DNA of 64,000 bases from Haplodiscus bocki (lineage: Eukaryota): positions 38,812,001 through 38,876,000 of the forward strand of contig OZ296656.1 of assembly GCA_965655095.1 (NCBI GenBank). The letters run 5' to 3'. Position numbers and translations under genes: made by a program. Each line of letters begins with the position of its first letter. Positions within the stretch are counted from its first letter, which is position 1. The notes under the pieces are model-generated. The model saw only the letters and a program-made list of their open reading frames with translations, was not told the DNA's origin and did no database searches. Shown here in pieces: positions 55,401-64,000 of this stretch.

Positions 55401-58400
55401 ATCACATGATTAATAATGGAAATCCTAAATCTGTAAATTGATAAATGATTTCTGTTTTTCACACCCGCGGAATCAACAAAATGTTTTAAAATTGCTTTTC
55501 CAATTCCTTTTTGATAGAACAGTTTCAGATCTCTGCACTAGTCGGAAAATTTGTTCTCCGGACAAACAGTTCCAATTTCATTCTCAGCACATCGACGTTC
55601 ATCAGTTTGTACAAAGAAAGTTTCTGACAATCGTACTATCAAACATAACGTCATCAATCGTATCCTCAACAAGTGGATCATCTCGGTTGATTGTCTGGTG
55701 TGATTTGATTCAGTTTAGTGGACTGTTAACAATTCTATTTGGACCTAGTCATGCTTGGAAAGCTAAATCAGGCTCTGCTCTTTTTCTAATCGTTGTACTT
55801 GAATCAAACGATGAAACGAAGGAGGCTCTATTGGATTCTTTATAGTCAAATTGTGGCTCTTCGTCTGGTATAATAGTTGGAACTTATAGTTGTAAAATAT
55901 ATATTTTCATTTCAGTTGGGTCGGATGTCGTCCTACATGAAATTCGTTTTAGATCGTTTGTTTTAAAACTCGAAATATTTCCTGATCAAATATTTATTTT
56001 TTAATATGTTTTGCAGATGCCTAAATTGTTTCTCAAGAGGATGTTCTCTAACTATTCTTCCCTCAAAGCTTTCTGTGGTATGAGTATTGAATATTAAATT
56101 CCGGAGGAAGTCCTTAGAGTTTGCGCGTTGTGCCCACTTCTGCGAGTATTAGACGTTGATAGTTTTGAGTCTGGGTTGCCCTTTTGGCAGCCAATATGGT
56201 GATAAATGTTATTCCAATGAAAGTTTCAAAACCATTTTGTGAATCTCGGTCTCTAGAGGTGAATACACTCGTAAAAGTAGGAATAAGACCAAAATGTTTA
56301 TTTTTTTATAACGATCCAACTATTAAGTAAGTCAATGGTTCTTTGAAACAGAGAGCCAACTCAATTTTGATGTCTTTTGAGGGAGTTATTATCGAAATTT
56401 GAATCAACATTACGTCTAACAGTTATATCGAAATAAGAATAGGCGTTCCGGAGTTGCTTAGCTTAATTGATTTCACCAAATAGATTTTCAACACTCTCAT
56501 TGACTCTATTTGAATCAAGTCATTTTTGATGAATTATCTTTGCAAAGTTTTTTTACAATTCTATCGTTGTTGGTGAATTCTTTAGTCAATGTGTTGGTTT
56601 GAAGTCATCTATGCTTCTTTAGAGAGCCTAAAAGCTACCCAGGGTTCTGGGGGAAGCCTTAAGAAGGACGTGAGCTCACGGAGCGAAACCATTTGATAAA
56701 AACTTTTATTAATCTTAAAACTTTACATAAAACAAGATAAAGGGTTCGATTGTGTAGTTATTCAAGAATATTGACTTTGCGAACTGGTGTTAAAGTTTTA
56801 TGTTGACCGAGCCTCCGAGTCAATCAAATTACCATGTTTTGTTAGGTCGTGTGCAAAAAATTGTCCAATGAGTTCCACCTTGTCATCCATCCTCAACATT
56901 AACTATGTGCATTTTTGGAGATTTTCCCGCGATTTGAGAAAGTTAGATACTCTTGATAAAGGAGTTTTCAGATTTATTCGTAGGTTTTTAAATACCGTGA
57001 CTTCATGAAATTCGTTTTGTAGTTCCGCGTTGGTCACTGATTTGTTTTTCAAATTGAAGGTTATCAGAAAACCTTTTTTGTTCCTCGTAAGGTAAGGCAT
57101 TCAGAGAGTGTAAAACTATCCCAAGTCTGATAGCAACCAAGTAAGTCCCACTGAGAATTCCTTTGGGACTTTTATATTTATACGACTTGAAGTTCACTTT
57201 TCTGATTTCCATCTGGTCTCATCTCGATCTTTAGATGGCTAGTAAGTATTGAAGTGAATAAAACATTGAATGAATCGTTTTTAAATTCTTCAGGAGATTG
57301 GTCCTTCACAGGATTAATACTGGAAATCCTAAATCTATCCCATGGAATGTTTTTTTTTTGGATTTCATACGAGTGGAATCAACAAAATGATTTATTAGTG
57401 CTTCTCTGACTCCTTCTTGATAGAACGATTTCAGATGTTTTTGCTGGTCTAAAATTTTGTTCCTGGGACATACAGCTCATATATCATCTTTAGGACATCG
57501 CTTTTAATCAGTTTGTACAAAAAGATTTCTATCAATCGTACTATCAATTTTAACGTCATTATTCGTGTTACCAGCATTTGTTGGATTGGCTCGGTTGATT
57601 GTTTGATGTGCTTTGACAAAGTTTAGTAAACTGTTAACATTTTTTGTCGAAGCTATACATGCTTGGAAACCTAAATCAGGATGCATTGTTTTTCTAATTG
57701 TTATCCTTGAATCAAACGTTAAATCGACAAGGGATCCAATGGTTTTTTATAGTCAAATTGTGGTTCTTTGTCTTGCTTAAAAGTTGGAACGTATAGTTAC
57801 AAAAGTTGTACTCTCATTTCAATTGGATCTGATGTCGTCGTATGTGGAATTCCTTTTGGGCCGTTTGATTTAAAACTCGAAATACTTTGGGATCTTTTTT
57901 TGTTTTTTGATATGTTCTGCAGATTCTTGATATATGTTCAAAAGGGTGTTTTATAAGACTTCTTCATTTATTACCTTCCATGGTATGGTTAATGATTAAC
58001 ACTTTTCGATGGCAGTCCTAAGAAATTGCACCTTTTGCCCAATTCTGCGAGTATCAATTGCTGATCGTTCTGGGACTGGGTTCCAATTCTGGCAGCTAAT
58101 ATGGTGACTGTTGTTCTCCAATAAAAAATTCACAACCCCTTGGAAACCTAGGTCTCTGGAATTTAATACACGCATAATAGTAGAAATAAGACTAACAATT
58201 TCATCCTTTTATATTACCGATCCAAATTTTAGGTAAATCGGTGCTTCTTTTCAACAGCGAGCCAACTCTTTAAAACTCTTCAATAACAAGGCTTTTGAAA
58301 AACTGGTTGTGGAAAAGTGAATGGTCATTACATTTAACAATTAGAGCGAAGCAATTATGGGCCTTCACGATTGGCTGAGGGTTGTTGTTTTCACCAATTC

Positions 58401-58604
58401 TATACTCAACATTCTGAACCACCCTCTCTAAATCAAGTCCTTTTTGAAGATATATCTTTTCAAATTCTCTTTCTGCAATTCTGTGGTTATTGGTTTATTC
58501 ATCAGTCTTTGTGTTGGTTAGTTTGAAGTCATCTATGTTGTTTTAGGGAGCATTACAGTTACCCACGATTCAGAAGGAGTCTTTAAGAAGCGTTCCAGCT
58601 CAGA

Positions 58605-59065
58605 TGGTTAACATACAAAGAGACTACAACTTCTAAATATTTGTTAGTTAATATTCGTCATATATTACCAAAAAACAGCATGAAGTGTCCGGTTCTATAG
58701 TTAAAGCAGAAGTTTGACTTTGGGAGCTGGTTGAAAAGATGTGTGTTGAGAGAGCCTCAGAGCGAATCAAATTGCTAGGTTTTGTTAGGTTCTATGAAAA
58801 AAGATGTCCAATGAGTTCCACCTTGTGATCCGTCATCAACAGTAACTATAATTACTTTTGGAGATTGTTCCGCGATCTGTGGAAATTGAAGACCCTTGAT
58901 AGAGAAGTTTTTCAGATTTATTCGTTTGTTTTTAAATACCGTGATTTCATGAAAATAATTTTGTAGTTCTGCGTAGGTCACTGTTTTATCTTTCAAACTG
59001 AGTTTAACCAGAAAATCTTTCTGTTCATTGTACGCTAAGGCATTTAGAGAGTGTGAAGTTATCCC
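58605..59065 (-). pseudogene. Adenain-like cysteine protease pseudogene retaining the catalytic His motif
   Basis: ORF 58775..58996 ends ...IIVTVDDGSQGGTHWTSFFIEPNKT* and continues in frame as QFDSL*GSLNTHLFNQLPKSNFCFNY. The GxHW...FDSxG spacing is typical of adenovirus/Polinton maturation proteases. GGTHW is at 58808-58822. Confidence 0.75.
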
Positions 59066-62000
59066 AAGTCACGTAGCAACTAAGTGAATCACACTCAGTG
59101 TTGCTTTCGAATTCTTCAATTTATACGACTTCAAGTTCGGTTTTCTGATTTCCATCTGGTATCCTCTCAACTTTTCTTTTTATTATAGCTATTGAAATAA
59201 AACGAACATTAACTGGATCGTTTTCAAAACATTCAAAAGATTGATCCTTCACAGGACGAATACTGGAAATACTAAATCTATGTCCTGGGAAAAAATTCTC
59301 AGTTTTTTCCCCTTGGAATCATCAAAATGTTTTGATAGTGCTTCTCTAACTCATTCTTGATAGAACGGTTTCAGATCTCTATACTTGTCTAAAAAAAGTG
59401 TTTTACGGACAAGCAGTGTCGTTTTCATCATTAGGATTTCGATTTTTATCAGTTTGTAAGAAATGTTTCTGACAATCGTACTACCAACTACAACGTCATT
59501 AGTCGTGGTATCGTGTTATCACCAACTGGATTAGCTCAGTTGATTGTTTGATGTGCTTTGATTAAGTTTAATGGATTGTTAACAATTCTTTTGGACCTTT
59601 TTATGATTGGAAAGCTAAATCAGGCTCTGCTCTTTTTCTAATCGTTGTACTTGAATCAAACGATAAAACGAAGGAGGCTCTATTGGATTCTTTATAGTCA
59701 AATTGTGGCTCTCCGTTTGGTATAATAGTTGGAAGGTATAGTTGTAAAATATATATTTTCAATTCAGTTGGGTCGGATGTCGTCCTATATGAATTACTTT
59801 TTACATCGTTTGTTTTAAAACTCGAAATAATTCCTGATCATTTATTTATTTTTTAAAATGTTTTTAGAAGCTTAAATTGTTTTTCAAGAGGATCTCCTCT
59901 AACTAATCTTCCTTCAATACTTTATATGGTATGAGTATTGAATATTATATTCCGGAGGAAGTCAATAGAATTTGCGCGTTGTGCCCACTTCTGCTAGTAT
60001 CAAACGTTGATCGTTCCGAGTATGGGTTGCCCTTTTGGCAGCCAATATGGTGATAAATGTTATTCCAATGAAAGTTTCAAAACCATTTTGTGAATCTCGG
60101 TCTCTAGAGGTGAATACACTCGTAAAAGTAGGAATAAGACCAAAATGTTTTTTTTTATAACGATCCAACTATTAAGTAAGTCAATGGTTCTTTGAAACTG
60201 AGAGCCAACTCAATTTTCATGTCTTTTGAGGGAGTTATTATCGAAATTTGAATCAACATTACCTCTAACAGATATATCGAAATAAGAATAGGCGTTCCCA
60301 AGTTGCTTAGCTTAATTGATTTCGCCAAATAGATTTTCAACACTCTCATTGACTCTATTTGAATCAAGTCATTTTTGATGAATTATCTTTGCAAAGTTTT
60401 TTTACAATTCTATCGTTGTTGGTGAATTCTTTAGTCAATGTGTTGGTTTGAAGTCATCTATGCTTCTTTAGAGAGCCTAAAAGCTACCCAGGGTTCTGGG
60501 GGAAGCCCTAAGAAGGGCTTGAGCTCACGGAGCGAAACCATTTGATAAAAACTTTTATTAATCTTAAAACTTTACATAAAACAAGATAAAGGTTTCGATT
60601 GTGTAGTTATTCAAGAATATTGACTTTGCGAACTGGTGTTAAAGTTTTATGTTGACCGAGCCTCCGAGTCAATCAAATTACCATGTTTTGTTAGGTCGTG
60701 TGCAAAAAATTGTCCAATGAGTTCCACCTTGTCATCCATCCTCAACATTAACTATGTGCATTTTTGGAGATTTTCCCGCGATTTGAGAAAGTTAGATACT
60801 CTTGATAAAGGAGTTTTCAGATTTATTCGTAGGTTTTTAAATACCGTGACTTCATGAAATTCGTTTTGTAGTTCCGCGTTGGTCACTGATTTGTTTTTCA
60901 AATTGAAGGTTATCAGAAAACCTTTTTTGTTCCTCGTAAGGTAAGGCATTCAGAGAGTGTAAAACTATCCCAAGTCTGATAGCAACCAAGTAAGTCCCAC
61001 TGAGAATTCCTTTGGGACTTTTATATTTATACGACTTGAAGTTCACTTTTCTGATTTCCATCTGGTCTCATCTCGATCTTTAGATGGCTAGTAAGTATTG
61101 AAGTGAACAAAACATTGAATGAATCGTTTTTAAATTCTTCAGGAGATTGGTCCTTCACAGGATTAATACTGGAAATCCTAAATCTATCCCATGGAATGTT
61201 TTTTTGGATTTCATACGAGTGGAATCAACAAAATGATTTATTAGTGCTTCTCTGACTCCTTCTTGATAGAACGATTTCAGATGTTTTTGCTGGTCTAAAA
61301 TTTTGTTCCTGGGACATACAGCTCATATATCATCTTTAGGACATCGCTTTTAATCAGTTTGTACAAAAAGATTTCTATCAATCGTACTATCAATTTTAAC
61401 GTCATTATTCGTGTTACCAGCATTTGTTGGATTGGCTCGGTTGATTGTTTGATGTGCTTTGACAAAGTTTAGTAAACTGTTAACATTTTTTGTCGAAGCT
61501 ATACATGCTTGGAAGCCTAAATCAGGATGCATTGTTTTTCTAATTGTTATCCTTGAATCAAACGTTAAATCGACAAGGGATCCAATGGTTTTTTATAGTC
61601 AAATTGTGGTTCTTTGTCTTGCTTAAAAGTTGGAACGTATAGTTACAAAAGTTGTACTCTCATTTCAATTGGATCTGATGTCGTCGTATGTGGAATTCCT
61701 TTTGGGCCGTTTGATTTAAAACTCGAAATACTTTGGGATCTTTTTTTGTTTTTTGATATGTTCTGCAGATTCTTGATATATGTTCAAAAGGGTGTTTTAT
61801 AAGACTTCTTCATTTATTACCTTCCATGGTATGGTTAATGATTAACACTTTTCGATGGCAGTCCTAAGAAATTGCACCTTTTGCCCAATTCTGCGAGTAT
61901 CAATTGCTGATCGTTCTGGGACTGGGTTCCAATTCTGGCAGCTAATATGGTGACTGTTGTTCTCCAATAAAAAATTCACAACCCCTTGGAAACCTCGGTA

Positions 62001-62450
62001 TCTGGAATTTAATACACGCATAATAGTAGAAATAAGACTAACAAACTCATCCTTTTATATTACCGATCCAAATTTTAGGTAAATCGGTGCTTCTTTTAAA
62101 CAGCGAGCCAACTCTTTAAAACTCTTCAATAACAAGGCTTTTGAAAAACTTGTTGTGGAAAAGTGAATGGTCATTACGTTTAACAATTAGAGCGAAGCAA
62201 TTATGGGCCTTCACGATTGGCTGAGGGTTGTTGTTTTCACCAATTCTATACTCAACATTCTGAACCACCCTCTCTAAATCAAGTCCTTTTTGAAGATATA
62301 TCTTTTCAAATTCTCTTTCTGCAATTCTGTGGTTATTGGTTTATTCATCAGTCTTTGTGTTGGTTAGTTTGAAGTCATCTATGTTGTTTTAGGGAGCATT
62401 ACAGTTACCCACGATTCAGAAGGAGTCTTTAAGAAGCGTTCCAGCTCAGA

Positions 62451-62911
62451 TGGTTAACATACAAAGAGACTACAACTTCTAAATATTTGTTAGTTAATAT
62501 TCGTCATATATTACCAAAAAACAGCATGAAGTGTCCAGTTCTATAGTTAAAGCAGAATTTTGACTTTGGGAGCTGGTTGAAAAGATGTGTGTTGAGAGAG
62601 CCTCAGAGCGAATCAAATTGCTAGGTTTTGTTAGGTCCTATGAAAAAAGATGTCCAATGAGTTCCACCTTGTGATCCGTCATCAACAGTAACTATAATTA
62701 CTTTTGGAGATTGTTCCGCGATCTGTGGAAATTGAAGACCCTTGATAGAGAAGTTTTTCAGATTTATTCGTTTGTTTTTAAATACCGTGATTTCATGAAA
62801 ATAATTTTGTAGTTCTGCGTAGGTCACTGTTTTATCTTTCAAACTGAGTTTAACCAGAAAATCTTTCTGTTCATTGTACGCTAAGGCATTTAGAGAGTGT
62901 GAAGTTATCCC
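62451..62911 (-). pseudogene. Adenain-like cysteine protease pseudogene (duplicate of the 58.6-59.1 kb copy)
   Basis: ORF 62621..62842 ends ...VTVDDGSQGGTHWTSFFIGPNKT. GGTHW is at 62654-62668. Confidence 0.75.
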
Positions 62912-64000
62912 AAGTCACGTAGCAACTAAGTGAATCACACTCAGTGTTGCTTTCGAATTCTTCAATTTATACGACTTCAAGTTCGGTTTTCTGATTTCCA
63001 TCTGGTATCCTCTCAACTTTTCTTTTTATTATAGCTATTGAAATAAATCGAACATTAACTGGATCGTTTTCAAAACATTCAAAAGATTGATCCTTCACAG
63101 GACGAATACTGGAAATACTAAATCTATGTCCTGGGAAAAAATTCTCAGTTTTTTCCCCTTGGAATCATCAAAATGTTTTGATAGTGCTTCTCTAACTCAT
63201 TCTTGATAGAACGGTTTCAGATCTCTATACTTGTCTAAAAAAAGTGTTTTACGGACAAGCAGTGTCGTTTTCATCATTAGGATTTCGATTTTTATCAGTT
63301 TGTAAGAAATGTTTCTGACAATCGTACTACCAATTACAACGTCATTAGTCGTGGTATCGTGTTATCACCAACTGGATTAGCTCAGTTGATTGTTTGATGT
63401 GCTTTGATTAAGTTTAATGGATTGTTAACAATTCTTTTGGACCTTTTTATGATTGGAAAGCTAAATCAGGCTCTGCTCTTTTTCTAATCGTTGTACTTGA
63501 ATCAAACGATAAAACGAAGGAGGCTCTATTGGATTCTTTATAGTCAAATTGTGGCTCTCCGTTTGGTATAATAGTTGGAAGGTATAGTTGTAAAATATAT
63601 ATTTTCAATTCAGTTGGGTCGGATGTCGTGCTATATGAATTACTTTTTACATCGTTTGTTTTAAAACTCGAAATAATTCCTGATCATTTATTTATTTTTT
63701 AAAATGTTTTGCAGAAGCTTAAATTGTTTTTCAAGAGGATCTCCTCTAACTAATATTCCTTCAATACTTTCTATGGTATGAGTATTGAATATTCAATTCC
63801 GGAGGAAGTCAATAGAATTTGCGCGTTGTGCCCACTTCTGCTAGTATCAAACGTTGATCGTTCCGAGTATGGGTTGCCTTTTTGCCAGCCAATAAGGTGA
63901 TTGTTGTTATCCATTGAAGGTTCCAAAACCGTTTTGTAAACCTCGGTATCTGGAGTTTAGTACACGCATAAAAGTAGAAATAAGACCAACAAGTTCCCTT

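Larger units (their letters stand above)
56150..63900. repeat. Dimeric higher-order repeat (~3.85 kb) of two strongly diverged monomers, about two copies
   Basis: Identical ORFs at offsets 3849 (56787/60636, 56903/60752, 57003/60852) and 3846 (57504/61350, 57768/61614), plus 58775/62621 with one aa difference. Confidence 0.9.
1..64000. repeat. Tandem macrosatellite array, ~1.83 kb (short) / ~1.90-1.95 kb (long) monomer, ~35 copies, all in the same orientation
   Basis: The marker (g/a)tttaatacac or a close variant recurs at about 1, 1833, 3669, 5500, 7933, 9861, 11694, 13530, 15362, 17195, 19026, 20858, 22693, 24529, 26361, 28194, 30025, 31855, 33677, 35512, 37344, 39278, 41115, 43056, 44987, 46819, 48651, 50482, 52416, 54324, 56258, 58161, 60109, 62007 and 63955. 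The same short ORF peptides recur with this period in the ORF track. Confidence 0.98.
1..64000 (-). mobile_element. Endogenous viral element-derived array: amplified Maverick/Polinton (adintovirus-like) capsid + maturation protease fragment; no TIRs, pPolB or integrase in the window
   Basis: Each monomer carries co-oriented minus-strand remnants of a capsid-like gene and an adenain-like protease (GGTHW, YFDSLG). This gene pair is characteristic of the Polinton/Maverick morphogenesis module. Confidence 0.75.

Noticed and set aside
56810-56890. Alternative genetic code (TAA/TGA read-through), suggested by in-frame stops within the protease motif (W*FD*LGG)
   Set aside because: Other copies have sense codons at those sites (TAT TTT GAT TCA), and there are many frameshifts that no recoding would fix.
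1587-61802. Recurrent plus-strand ORFs (MCSYSRTL..., MQSHKL..., MLLQFLF..., up to 135 aa)
   Set aside because: They are antisense shadows of the decayed minus-strand genes. They often use non-ATG starts, vary in length between copies and have no recognisable motifs, and recurrence is explained by the tandem repeat.
46-62842. Minus-strand ORFs as intact CDSs or a tandem multigene family
   Set aside because: None exceeds ~120 aa. Homology switches frame repeatedly and stop positions differ among copies, so they are called pseudogene fragments.
1-64000. CRISPR array or integron-like cassette array
   Set aside because: There is no short repeat with unique spacers. The entire unit is repeated, with no unique cargo, cas genes or integrase.
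1-64000. rDNA/5S, tRNA, snRNA or histone tandem cluster
   Set aside because: No recognisable conserved RNA-gene or histone sequence is present, and the monomer is almost fully accounted for by two coding remnants.
1-64000. Whole array as an assembly or sequencing artefact, with frameshifts as homopolymer errors
   Set aside because: Units differ by structured, shared substitutions and indels with a nested history, and many disabling changes are substitutions reproduced in HOR copies. Exact copy number of the near-identical blocks still needs read support.
1-64000. Complete or active Maverick/Polinton element, or assignment to a specific host species
   Set aside because: No TIRs, pPolB, integrase, packaging ATPase or penton are visible, and there is no host gene in the window to identify the organism.

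Overview
The whole 64-kb window is one AT-rich, head-to-tail tandem array of a ~1.83-1.95 kb monomer: 34 unit intervals plus one extra partial unit, open at both window edges. No intact gene, RNA gene or CRISPR array is present. Stitching the minus-strand ORF fragments across frameshifts shows the monomer is decayed protein-coding DNA. It holds a ~1.38 kb (~460 codon) gene resembling a Maverick/Polinton (adintovirus-like) double-jelly-roll major capsid protein. About 50 bp downstream lies a ~0.4-0.45 kb adenain-type cysteine protease gene (V..DDGSQGGTHW...YFDSLG motifs). Every copy inspected is a pseudogene. The array therefore appears to be a macrosatellite made from the virion-morphogenesis module of an endogenous DNA virus/transposon, most likely in a eukaryotic (probably invertebrate) genome. 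It shows satellite-like evolution: a 5-mer/6-mer higher-order repeat (9.165/11.0 kb offsets), a near-identical monomer triplet, a 3.85 kb dimer, related old diverged monomers at ~5-6.7 kb and 56-64 kb, a ~97-bp long/short dimorphism and mosaic units. Family assignments come from motif recognition by eye, not from a database search.
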